Positions 16,735-25,488 of a stretch of DNA of 31,770 nucleotides are shown here, one piece after another (positions within the stretch are counted from its first letter, which is position 1; the number at the start of each line of letters is the position of its first letter). Source of the stretch: a virus. Lineage: Duplodnaviria > Caudoviricetes. The stretch lies in IMG/VR virus record IMGVR_UViG_3300036824_000112, positions 1-31,770 of that record. One strand, written 5' to 3'. Below the pieces are notes generated by a model. The model had not been told where the DNA came from. It made no database searches and saw only the letters and a list, made by a program, of their open reading frames with translations. The translations under genes were made by a program, and so were the position numbers.

Positions 16735-19016
16735 AAACGGTAAATGCCAAGCGGGCGGCTGACTTTGAGAACGAAATGCGCGAACAGACGCGCGTCGACC
16801 GAGCGAGGGCGCACAACAAACAAGTAGCGCTCGACTTGGCGGCGGCGGGCATTCCCGTCTTTGTCGCGAACCCGGAGAACAAGGCGTCGCTGGTGAAAGC
16901 GTTCAACCGGCGCGACACTGACATACCGAGTGAGGAAGCCGAAACGCTGCGGCGCGAGTTTTACGACAAACACAAATTCAACCCGCTCCACATTGGGGCC
17001 ACGACTGATCGGCCGACCGTCCGCAGAATGTTTAGGGAGAAGCCCGACGCGCTTCCTGCGATCAGTACCGGACCGGCAGGCTTGCTAGTGGTCGACAACG
17101 ACGTGAAGGAACGCAACGGCATTTCACGCAACGGCGTCGAGCTATTCGATGCATTCTGCGAGCAACACGGCGGATTGCCGGAGGGCGTGATTGCTGTCGA
17201 GTCGCAGGGCAAGGGCCGCCACCTCTATTTCGCGAACGAAGGTGATCACGGATGCAGCGCAGGCCGCCTGAAAGCCGATTGCGAGACCGACGTAAAGGCG
17301 ATCGGTGGATTCGTCATCGCGCCGTCAGCTATCCGTATTCACGACGGGCGCCGCTACGGTGATCGTTCAAACCTGGACGCGCTGATCGCCGCTTTCAAGG
17401 GTGGGCGGCTGCCGCCCATCCCTGAGTTCGTCCGAAAGGCGATCGGCGACAAGAGCGCGGCGAACAGTTCTGTCAGTGAAAAAGACGTGCAGGCGCTCGC
17501 GGATGACTTGCGGCAAACCGGATTGCCGGACGGCGCAGCGCTGCTTGATCCTGTCTTGGATGGCGTCGATTGGGGCAAGCTTGTCAGTCGATATGACGGC
17601 CTGCGACAAGCGATTGACGACGGCGACCGCTCAGATACGCGTTACCATCTTGCTCGCGCATTGAAGCGGGAGCGGCCGGGGACTACCTCCGCTGAGTTCG
17701 CGGCAATCGTTCTCGAAAGGCCGGACGAGTGCGGCGCGTTCGTTGAAGACGACAAACCCACCCAAGGTGAATTCAACTGGCGCAATCTTGCGCGCGACTT
17801 CAGCCGTGCTGAAGCCGTCCCGGGCTCAGATGGCAGCGCGTTTGACGTCGTTGAGGATGACGACGCGCCCGAGATGGATGAGGCGAAGGGTGAGCGGGCA
17901 AAAGATCACGTTAATCTGGTCGACTTGCTGGCTGAACCGGAGACATACACCCAATGGGTCGTGAAGCACTTCATCGCATTCAACACGACGATCATTGCGG
18001 CAGGGTTGTGGGGGTCTGGCAAGACAGCCGTTTACTTGGACATTGCGCTTCATATCGCGCACGGCTTGCCGTGGCGTGGGCGAAAGGTCGAGAAAGGCGT
18101 GGTTCTGTATCTGGCGCTCGAAAATCCGCACGACGTCCAGTCCCGCATTCGCGCATGGTGCAGGCGGAACGATGGCGTTCGCTTTGAAGAAAGCTTCGTA
18201 CTCTACCGTGGGAACTGTTCGCTGTTCGACGCACAGAACAAATCGACGAAGGATGAACGTCGCATCATCAAGTTGGCGAACAGCACAGCGGAGCGACTGA
18301 ACGTGCCGGTGGCGATGATTGTTATCGACACCGTGTCGCAAGCGATCCTCCCCGGAAGCGATCGCGAGCACGGAAGCCTGTTCGTCAAATCGATGCAGCG
18401 CATTGCCGACGCAACGGGCGCGAACGTGACGGCGCTACATCATCCGACGAAGGCCGGAGATCAAGTGCGCGGCGACGGAGCGTTCCAGGGCAACACTGAT
18501 GGTGTTGTGCTTCTCTCGCGAGATGTGAGAACCGGGCTGGGGACGATACAAGCTTCGCCGCAGAAATTCCGTGTTGGCGATCCACGAAAGGCGAAATTCG
18601 GATACAGGCTCGAGCCTGTTTCGGTAGGCGAGGATGCCGATGGTGAAGATAGGGAAATCATCGTCGCGGTCGAGGCTGCAACGCCGTCGTCCTGGGATGT
18701 CGAGGAGCCGAACGATGCTCAGGACGTTCCGCCGCCGCCCGACACGCCTAGCGAACGGCATTCTGCAATCCTCCGCGTGATCCGCGAGCGGGTTGATGCG
18801 ATAGCGAGCAACACAGACGACAGGTCCGATGAGATCGAACTGCCCGCCCGCGATGTCATGATGCTTTGGAATGTTGACCGCAAGCGAAGCGGGCTGTCCG
18901 AAATATCGGACCCCGCGATTTGTTCGCGGTTGCTCGCAAAGCTGGTCGACTCTGAAAGCCTTGTTCGCGTTGGCACTAATCGAAGGTCTGCCGCGTACAA
19001 GCTGCCGCCCGAATAG
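16731..19016 (+). CDS. Bifunctional primase-polymerase (Prim-Pol) fused to AAA_25 helicase
   Basis: GIPVF, ATTD, LLVVDND, GRHLYF, GGFVIAPS (Prim-Pol); GLWGSGKT, VLYLALE, IVIDT, HHPTK, RGDGA (helicase). Confidence 0.9.
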   Translation: MKTVNAKRAADFENEMREQTRVDRARAHNKQVALDLAAAGIPVFVANPENKASLVKAFNRRDTDIPSEEAETLRREFYDKHKFNPLHIGATTDRPTVRRMFREKPDALPAISTGPAGLLVVDNDVKERNGISRNGVELFDAFCEQHGGLPEGVIAVESQGKGRHLYFANEGDHGCSAGRLKADCETDVKAIGGFVIAPSAIRIHDGRRYGDRSNLDALIAAFKGGRLPPIPEFVRKAIGDKSAANSSVSEKDVQALADDLRQTGLPDGAALLDPVLDGVDWGKLVSRYDGLRQAIDDGDRSDTRYHLARALKRERPGTTSAEFAAIVLERPDECGAFVEDDKPTQGEFNWRNLARDFSRAEAVPGSDGSAFDVVEDDDAPEMDEAKGERAKDHVNLVDLLAEPETYTQWVVKHFIAFNTTIIAAGLWGSGKTAVYLDIALHIAHGLPWRGRKVEKGVVLYLALENPHDVQSRIRAWCRRNDGVRFEESFVLYRGNCSLFDAQNKSTKDERRIIKLANSTAERLNVPVAMIVIDTVSQAILPGSDREHGSLFVKSMQRIADATGANVTALHHPTKAGDQVRGDGAFQGNTDGVVLLSRDVRTGLGTIQASPQKFRVGDPRKAKFGYRLEPVSVGEDADGEDREIIVAVEAATPSSWDVEEPNDAQDVPPPPDTPSERHSAILRVIRERVDAIASNTDDRSDEIELPARDVMMLWNVDRKRSGLSEISDPAICSRLLAKLVDSESLVRVGTNRRSAAYKLPPE

Positions 19017-19024
19017 CCCTACCA

Positions 19025-19057
19025 GATCGCCCGGTCATCTAAGGTGGCCGGGCGATC
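19025..19057. terminator. Hairpin between convergent genes
   Basis: GATCGCCCGGTCA ... TGGCCGGGCGATC inverted repeat. Confidence 0.65.
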
Positions 19058-19062
19058 AGCGC

Positions 19063-19824
19063 TCAGTCTTCGCGGTCTACCCGCCAATTGATCGGACCCT
19101 TCCGACCGCGCCTTTTTGAATAACGTAGCGAGCGCGCAAGCTCAGCGCTGTACACTGCCCAGCAATATTCGCCGTCAACAGTTTCGTGAATCTTGAGAGC
19201 GCGGGCGACGGCAACCAAACCCTTCCAGATATCCCGCTGACTGATAGCTTGATGTACGCTGTGTACCGCAGCGTCGAAATCTAAGCCGTGTTGACGGACA
19301 AGTTGAGCCGCGTTCTTGTGATCGCCACGGCCCTTGGGCTGATACTCTGCCCACAACTCAGAAAATGTCCGGCCTTGGTCCCAAGCTTCGGCGGCGCAAC
19401 CGGCGACACAGATTCTAAGCTCATTTTCATGATTGAGGTAGCGCCACGGGACAACGTGGCCGCCGCCCTTGGGCTTTAGTTTGACTTCGCGAATAACGCT
19501 CGCAGGGTGCAGCCCTTCATCCTGAGCGGCAAGGAACGCCATCACGACGTGGCCCGCCTCATGTATCTCCGCAAAGTGTCGAGGCCGCACGCCATAGGGG
19601 ATATAGCCAGCGTCCCACTTTCCTTCCTGTATTGACTGCATCCCGAGGGCGATTGCGCCCCGCCAGATGTCTGACTCCGTTAATTCGTCAGCAAGATCGC
19701 TGCCTGCCGACTGAGCGTATTGATGGAAGTCGGACACCCAATCCTTCCATTCCTGCCGGACCCGTATCGTCAGGGTCGGATCATGCCCGGTCGCGGGCCT
19801 GCCTATCCGCTTTTTCGTCGCCAT
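19063..19824 (-). CDS. RHH-like DNA-binding domain fused to a HExxH metallopeptidase-like domain
   Basis: N-terminal GRPATGHDPTLTIRV; IHEAGHVV, AGCAAE and GDHKNA, resembling the M41/FtsH protease pattern. Confidence 0.7.
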   Translation of the reverse strand: MATKKRIGRPATGHDPTLTIRVRQEWKDWVSDFHQYAQSAGSDLADELTESDIWRGAIALGMQSIQEGKWDAGYIPYGVRPRHFAEIHEAGHVVMAFLAAQDEGLHPASVIREVKLKPKGGGHVVPWRYLNHENELRICVAGCAAEAWDQGRTFSELWAEYQPKGRGDHKNAAQLVRQHGLDFDAAVHSVHQAISQRDIWKGLVAVARALKIHETVDGEYCWAVYSAELARSLRYSKRRGRKGPINWRVDRED

Positions 19825-19839
19825 GGCGGGAAGCCTTTT

Positions 19840-19904
19840 CTGTCTTACAGAAAGTTCGGCCGTGAGTACTTTATGTCTTACAGAAATGCAATCGTGTCTT
19901 ACAG
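19840..19904. promoter_or_regulatory. Three direct operator repeats
   Basis: TGTCTTACAG at 19841, 19874 and 19895, just upstream of the RHH-peptidase gene. Confidence 0.7.
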
Positions 19905-19965
19905 GAAGTCGGGAGGCGGAAAGGCGGACAGGCTGTCAGTTGAGCCCGCAATCGCCCTGTTCGCG

Positions 19966-20182
19966 ATCATGACGGACCATGCGGGCTGACCCCATCCGCA
20001 TGATCTTTGCATGATGAAAACCCGAGTCGGTTGCATGATCCGGCATGATTACCCGCATGATTATTGTGCAATCAAATCAACGGACTACGGAAGGTCGCAT
20101 GATCCGTCATGATCCGTCATGATCCATTTCCCATCAATCATGACGGCTCTCCCGTGTCTATAAGACACGGGAGCCGCATGAT
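19966..20182. repeat. Putative replication origin: CATGAT iteron array plus perfect hairpin
   Basis: CATGAT at 19999, 20010, 20034, 20044, 20056, 20098, 20108, 20118 and 20177; inverted ATCATG at 19966 and 20137; CTCCCGTGTCT-ATA-AGACACGGGAG at 20149-20173. Confidence 0.75.
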
Positions 20183-20331
20183 GGGCCTGTTGGGATTTGA
20201 AGTCGCTTAGCGGGCAGGCGGTTTTCGCCGCGCTCTCAACACCTACGGTGTGGGGCCTAGCCAGTTATCCGCCACTTTGGGCTAAGGCCGAATGTCGAAT
20301 AGCCACGTCGCAAAACTGAAATAATCAAACC

Positions 20332-20358
20332 TGTCACAGATCGCATCGCTCTGGCGTT
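20332..20358 (+). promoter_or_regulatory. Putative ECF-sigma promoter for the late genes
   Basis: TGTCACA-N16-CGTT, resembling the ECF41-type consensus TGTCACA-N16-CGTC. Confidence 0.5.
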
Positions 20359-20781
20359 ATGTACATAGGAGCGCTGACATGGCGCGCCTTCAATCTCCCG
20401 GCCGCTCGGGCAACGGCCACCCAAAAAGAGCACCCGACCGCACCCCATCGCATGGGGCGCACGCTTCCACCCCCGGCGCGCACAAAGACGTGTCGTGTCG
20501 GTTAGTGGGGCAGGCAGCCTCCCTCGGATTTCCAACACCGGGCAGCAGCTCATCAGCCGTAAGGCTGGCCTATCAGACAAGCTCCGGTCGAATTGCGGAG
20601 CCTCAAGAGAAGATGAAGGCCGGTTCGGGAGCGCTCCAATAGATTCTGTTCGGGAAGGTCGCAAGGGCTGAGCGGGAGCCTGACCTTCACCCGGAAGCGC
20701 CGCGCTCGTGGTCGGAACAAACCTCGGGGCAATGAGCGCGGCGCGTATCCCGCTGACTCCAACCAAAGAGAACCACCGCCT

Positions 20782-21135
20782 ATGACCAATGCCACCTCTA
20801 AGGCCCTCGCCAAGGTCGTCGAAATCGCAAACGACGCGCTCGAAGAACAGAGCGCTTCCGACGAACTAAAGTGCATAATCGAAACGTCGCAGCCTGAAAC
20901 AATCTCTACCGGCGATCTCGCGTTGATGAGCATCGCCGCCAAAATCGATCGCCTCGCCGAGTCAAGCGAACGTCAGGCTAACGCGCTGGAGCGCTTGACC
21001 GAACTGTTCGGCGCTGTGATCGGCCTGGGTGACGCCGAGTGCGGAGACGGAGGCACCGACTACAAAGCAGTGCCCTACGTGCGGACCGGCCGTGGCGGCC
21101 CGTTCAATTGTGATGAAAACGCAGGCCCGGTGTGA
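20782..21135 (+). CDS. Hypothetical coiled-coil protein
   Basis: 117 aa, protein-like composition, coupled to the next ORF by GTGA. Confidence 0.65.
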   Translation: MTNATSKALAKVVEIANDALEEQSASDELKCIIETSQPETISTGDLALMSIAAKIDRLAESSERQANALERLTELFGAVIGLGDAECGDGGTDYKAVPYVRTGRGGPFNCDENAGPV

Positions 21136-21374
21136 GCACCGATCATCAGGTCTTGGCAGACACGCTGAACCAAATCGCGGCGATCTATGCCGCGCTCTTG
21201 GCGGACCTTCCGACCATGCAGACGCTTCGCGAGCAAGCCGAAGTCGCGATGCGGCACGCTCCACGTGTTGGTCCTTATTCACCGCTCCACGAAATGAACC
21301 GGCAAGCGAGGCTGGCAACTGCGGCGCTGCCCCATGCGAGCGAGCCCACGAAGTGGGAGCCGCCCGCCTTGTGA
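21132..21374 (+). CDS. Hypothetical protein
   Basis: GTGA overlap; followed by a hairpin at 21357-21386. Confidence 0.6.
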   Translation: MSTDHQVLADTLNQIAAIYAALLADLPTMQTLREQAEVAMRHAPRVGPYSPLHEMNRQARLATAALPHASEPTKWEPPAL

Positions 21375-21406
21375 GCGGGCAGGCTTACCGGTTGGCAGCT
21401 ATCGGA

Positions 21407-21595
21407 TTACCGTTGATGGCCTAATCCTACGCCGAGGGTCAGGGCCTTCTGGCGCAGAGCGCCTATCGTGCGCTTCATCTCCTTGGCGATTTTCACGACG
21501 GGCGTTTTCGCCTTCGAGTGCTTCTTAAGGCCTTTAATATCAGCGGCAGTCCATTCGCGTCGTCCTGGCGTGCGCTTCTTCGCTTTCGTCTTCAA
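21407..21595 (-). CDS. Small basic HTH protein (Myb-like or GcrA-N-terminal-like)
   Basis: REWTAADIKGLK...IAKEMKRTIGALRQKA...GLGHQR; TTG start with GGAG RBS; resembles a small protein common in Bradyrhizobiaceae. Confidence 0.7.
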   Translation of the reverse strand: MKTKAKKRTPGRREWTAADIKGLKKHSKAKTPVVKIAKEMKRTIGALRQKALTLGVGLGHQR

Positions 21596-21680
21596 CTGGC
21601 AACTCCGTTTTGAGAAGCGGAGCTGTTAGCACCGGCATGCCGCCGTGACAACTAACTAATCGTAAATCAACGGGTGGTGA

Positions 21681-22277
21681 ATGCTGAGCGTAAGCCTGGA
21701 CATATCTAAGCTTGAGACATGGGCCAATGAGTTATCCGCGCGTGGCATGCGCAATGCGATCAGGCGCGCTGTTGATCGAAGCGCCACGGCAGCGCGTAAG
21801 TTAGCTCTCGACGTGATTGCGAAGGACGCGGGCGTTGCTGTTGCGCGTATCAAGCCGGGCGTTACGAAGGTCAAACGCACGACGCAAACCGATCTGAGCG
21901 CCAGCTTTACGGCGAACAAGCTCCGAGTCGGTATCCTGCAAACGGCTGGTGCGACCATCACGCGCGGAGCCGGATTGCACGCAAGCACGTTTCGGCTGAC
22001 AGGCGGCGGCTCTGCCTCGCTCGACGTGGCAAACGCCTTCGTCATCAACGCCAACGGAGGCCGCTTCGTCGCCATACGTCGCGGCAAGAGCAGATTGCCG
22101 GTGAAGGGCATCTATGGCGAAGCGCCGAACACGGCGATGGGGCAGCCCGACGCTGCGGCGCGCAAGGCATGGCAGAAGGAAGCTGAAGCGCAGCTCTCGG
22201 CACGACTGGCCGTAGAGGTGCAGAAGCAGCTACTGGCCGAAGGCATTCCGTACAGCGCGCCGCTCGACACTGACTGA
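21681..22277 (+). CDS. Lambda gpZ-like minor tail / tail completion protein
   Basis: Basic protein with AIRRAVDRSATAAR...NAFVINANGGRFVAIRRGKSRLPVKGIYG. Confidence 0.7.
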   Translation: MLSVSLDISKLETWANELSARGMRNAIRRAVDRSATAARKLALDVIAKDAGVAVARIKPGVTKVKRTTQTDLSASFTANKLRVGILQTAGATITRGAGLHASTFRLTGGGSASLDVANAFVINANGGRFVAIRRGKSRLPVKGIYGEAPNTAMGQPDAAARKAWQKEAEAQLSARLAVEVQKQLLAEGIPYSAPLDTD

Positions 22278-22409
22278 ACCCAACACCGCCGCATGCCGAG
22301 TCGACACGGCGAGCGGCGGATAAGCGTGCCGCGCCTGGCATCGGAGCGCTGGCGGTTCGCCCATGCCATGGGCGCGGCACGCGTCAATCAACCTAAATGG
22401 ATTACGAAC

Positions 22410-22634
22410 ATGAACACAAGCGATGCAAAGCTAACCGAACTAGTGAAGATGCAGATGGCTGGCGCGAGACTGCCGGAGAACATCGTGGTCGACCGCAAGT
22501 CTATCGATACGCGCCGCTTCGTCGCTCGCTATCAGTTGGATCGACGAGAGGCTTGGGCCGCTATCAGCCAGCTTGTTGAGCACGTGATCGAACGGCCGCT
22601 GGTGTGCGAGGTTGCGGGTTCGCTCAGCCTGTAG
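22410..22634 (+). CDS. Hypothetical protein
   Basis: Probable start MNTSDAK; 74 aa. Confidence 0.45.
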   Translation: MNTSDAKLTELVKMQMAGARLPENIVVDRKSIDTRRFVARYQLDRREAWAAISQLVEHVIERPLVCEVAGSLSL

Positions 22635-22699
22635 CCCGCGAGCAAAGGTAGTGCTGAAGGCGAGCACAATGCGCCAATGCTCGCGCCTACGTGCCGTTG

Positions 22700-22770
22700 G
22701 GGTCCTTCCGGGAAATCAGAAAACGGCCCACAGCGGCACGCTGCCGCAGTATTTCCGCTGAAAACTTCAT
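22700..22770 (+). other. Putative cos site (cosQ plus cosN-like dyad)
   Basis: GGGTCCT at 22700-22706 equals lambda cosQ; dyad GCGGCA-CGC-TGCCGC at 22733-22747; directly upstream of the Nu1-like terS. Confidence 0.65.
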
Positions 22771-22794
22771 CACTTTCGATAGCAGAGAACAGCC

Positions 22795-23310
22795 ATGGGG
22801 CGACCTAAGGGCGTGATCGGCCGCGTTGCCGAAGCGACAGGTCTGGATCAGGCGACGGTTCGCCGCGCCGTCATCGCTGCCGGACTTGATCCGCGGAGCG
22901 TGAGCTTTGATCCGGCCTTGCAGCTTGTACAGTCGATAGCGGACCCGGCCCGAGTAATCGGCCACGCGACGAATGGCAGGGGCGAGGGCGGGCACACCGC
23001 GACCGAGGCGCTTGCAGAAGCCAAGGCACATGCCGCGCGGCTTAGCGCCCGCAAGCAAGAACTTCTGAATGCCAAGCTCGAAGGCTCTCTCATCTCGCGT
23101 GAGGCCGTGACAGCGACCGGCGCGCGCATTCTCTCCGAAGCACGCACGGCGCTTTTGTCACTCGGTCACCGCCTTGCGCCCAAGGTCGCAGGCAAGACGG
23201 ACGCGCGGGAGATAGCGCGCATTGTCGAGACTGAAGTTCGTGACGTGCTTGGCGAGATCGCCGACGACAAGAGATTTTTTGAAGCTTTGGAGGCCGAAGC
23301 CCTTTCATGA
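22795..23310 (+). CDS. terS: Terminase small subunit (Nu1-like)
   Basis: N-terminal HTH and coiled coil ARKQELLNAKLEGSLISREAV; ATGA overlap with terL. Confidence 0.85.
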   Translation: MGRPKGVIGRVAEATGLDQATVRRAVIAAGLDPRSVSFDPALQLVQSIADPARVIGHATNGRGEGGHTATEALAEAKAHAARLSARKQELLNAKLEGSLISREAVTATGARILSEARTALLSLGHRLAPKVAGKTDAREIARIVETEVRDVLGEIADDKRFFEALEAEALS

Positions 23311-25118
23311 TCGATGAGCAGCTTGCGCGCGGCTGGCTGCGCGCGCTTGCCCCGCCGCCGATTGTCGCGCCGACCACCTTTGCGGAAACGCAAATCATTC
23401 TGCCGGGCTCTGCGAACGCAATCCCGGGGCCTCTCAGACTTACAGCCTATCAGCGCGAGCCGATTGACGCGATAGCCGATGACGATGTTGAAATCATCGT
23501 GCTCATGTTGGCTTCGCAAACCGGCAAGTCGACAATCATCAACGCGATTATGGGCCACTGCATCGCCGCTGATCCTGGCCCGATGCTTCACGTCTCCCCG
23601 ACTGGCGCGCGTTCGGAGGAGTTCGTTCGCGAGCGCTTCGACCCGCTTGTCACTTCGTCGCCAGCTCTGCGAGAGCTGGTCGGTAAGGGGCAGGACACCC
23701 GAAAGGGAAAGAGCGGCGGGACGGACTCGCTTTCCGCAAAGACGTTCCCGGGTGGCCAGCTCAGCTTCGCTTCGTCGTTCAAGGCTGACGAACTTGCAGC
23801 CCGAGCTATCAAGTTCCTGTTTCTCGACGAGATCGATCGATTCGCGAAGTCGGCAGGCGTAGAGGGTGACCCCATCGACCTTGCCATCAAGCGAACGAAA
23901 ACGTTTGAAGGTAAAGGCCGCAAGATTGTCATTGTGTCGACTCCCACCTCCCGCGTGGGGTCGCGCATCAATCAATGGTTCATGCGTGGGGATCAGCGAC
24001 GCTTCGTCGCGAAGTGTCCTCACTGCGGGCACGTCGCACCGCTCGCCTTCGAAAATCTAAAAGGGGACAAAGGCAAACCCGAGACGGCGCACCTCGTTTG
24101 CGATGACTGCGGGGTGGTGATTGACGAAGCGACCCGCCGTTTAATGATCGAAAACGGGGAGTGGAAAGCCACCGCAACAGGCAAGCGGGGCATTCGCTCC
24201 TATCACCTGACGGAACTATCTTCACTCTTCTCGACGATGGCCTCGGTTGCGCAAAACTTCGAAGCCGCGACCACGCCTGAAGCCAAGCAGGTTTTTTACA
24301 ACACGACCTTGGCCCAGGTGTACGACGCGGGAACGGAAGTTGAGCTGTCGTCGTCAGAGTTGCAACAGCGAGTCGAAAAGATCGCGCCGCCCTATGCGGC
24401 GGATATCGTGTTCGTCTCAGCGGGCGTTGACGTGCAGGCTGACCGCCTGGAATGCACATTCCTGGCGCATCACGCCGATCAGACTCTCAGTGTGCTGAAT
24501 CATGTCAAGCTCTTGGGTGACACGTCGGGGGACGCTGTTTGGCGCGAGCTTGACGCAGCGATGTCGGCAACGTTTGCGACCGCAGATCGCCGCACACTGC
24601 CCGTGCAGATTCAGGCCATAGACTCCGGCTTCAACGCCGATCGGGTCATGACGTTCGTGCAGTCGCAACGGCAGAAGTCTCGCGCGGCCTATGCCGTGAA
24701 AGGCATGGGTGGCTTTGATCGAATGCCGCTTGCTCGCGGCGGACGACTGAAAGGCCAGATGGGATTGCTCATCGTCGGAGTGGATAGCGTGAAGCTGTCA
24801 GTCCAAAAGGCGCTGGCATCCGACGACGGTACGCCTGGCTTCATTCGACTGCCCGAACATTTGGATGGCGATTACTTCGAAGGACTCGCTTCCGAGGAGT
24901 TGCGAGTTCGCTACGTTAAAGGCTCGCCTCGCCATGAGTACCATCGCACAGTCAAACGTAACGAGCCGCTTGACTGTCTAGTCTATGCCGTGGCCATCGC
25001 CCGGCATCCCAGCGCGCGGGCAGCAACCAAGCCGTCTGCACCCACACAACCAAAGCCATCATTCGCAGAGCTTGCGCAGAAGTTTGGCGAGCAGCTTTCC
25101 AACCAACAGAGGTATTGA
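23307..25118 (+). CDS. terL: Terminase large subunit, lambda GpA family
   Basis: YQREP, ASQTGKST, FLDEIDRF, VSTPT, CPHCG/CDDCG, GVDVQADRLE, IDSG, RNEPLDCLVYA. Confidence 0.95.
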   Translation: MIDEQLARGWLRALAPPPIVAPTTFAETQIILPGSANAIPGPLRLTAYQREPIDAIADDDVEIIVLMLASQTGKSTIINAIMGHCIAADPGPMLHVSPTGARSEEFVRERFDPLVTSSPALRELVGKGQDTRKGKSGGTDSLSAKTFPGGQLSFASSFKADELAARAIKFLFLDEIDRFAKSAGVEGDPIDLAIKRTKTFEGKGRKIVIVSTPTSRVGSRINQWFMRGDQRRFVAKCPHCGHVAPLAFENLKGDKGKPETAHLVCDDCGVVIDEATRRLMIENGEWKATATGKRGIRSYHLTELSSLFSTMASVAQNFEAATTPEAKQVFYNTTLAQVYDAGTEVELSSSELQQRVEKIAPPYAADIVFVSAGVDVQADRLECTFLAHHADQTLSVLNHVKLLGDTSGDAVWRELDAAMSATFATADRRTLPVQIQAIDSGFNADRVMTFVQSQRQKSRAAYAVKGMGGFDRMPLARGGRLKGQMGLLIVGVDSVKLSVQKALASDDGTPGFIRLPEHLDGDYFEGLASEELRVRYVKGSPRHEYHRTVKRNEPLDCLVYAVAIARHPSARAATKPSAPTQPKPSFAELAQKFGEQLSNQQRY

Positions 25119-25121
25119 ACT

Positions 25122-25481
25122 ATGCGAACGAGCAAGAAACCGCCTGCCGTGACGAGCGATGAGAATGCATCGATCGCGAGCGAACGGCTCCGCATTTCCA
25201 GCATTCTTGAGAGCGCGGAGGGCAAGCGCAACCCGGCGATGGCTCAGAAGCTCGCGCTGTACTCCGCGCTCGACGCGGAGACGGCGAAAAGCATTCTGGC
25301 TGAAGCTCCGTCAGCCAATCCCTATTTGGCCGCCATGGAGTTGCATGGCCCGATTGGCATCGGAGCGTCGCCCAACACCATGAGCAGCGACCCCAAGGCT
25401 ACACGGCTCGCGGAAATCGAGGCGAACGTGGCGGCCTTCAACGCGGTTAGGGGCTACGCCAAACCGGGCAAGCAGGGCTGA
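25122..25481 (+). CDS. Stand-alone Nu3-like scaffold protein
   Basis: ERLRISSILESAEGKRNPAMAQKLALYSALDAETAKSILAEAP resembles the lambda gpC C-terminus/Nu3 core (recalled from memory as ENSRIMGILNCEEAHGREEQARVLAETPGMTVKTARRILAAAP). Confidence 0.65.
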   Translation: MRTSKKPPAVTSDENASIASERLRISSILESAEGKRNPAMAQKLALYSALDAETAKSILAEAPSANPYLAAMELHGPIGIGASPNTMSSDPKATRLAEIEANVAAFNAVRGYAKPGKQG

Positions 25482-25488
25482 TCGCGCG

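Noticed and set aside
19966-20182. CRISPR array
   Set aside because: Repeats are 6-10 bp with no unique spacers of CRISPR length, and there are no cas genes; fits iterons.
20495-20570. tRNA-like sequence (TTAGTGG...CTCGGATTTCCAACACCGGG)
   Set aside because: No T-loop GTTCRA and no acceptor stem; retained only as part of a possible structured RNA.
20379-20642. 87-aa ORF with AGGAG RBS
   Set aside because: Ser/Pro/Gly/Arg-rich sequence overlapping hairpins; coding status unsupported, though a leader peptide is not excluded.
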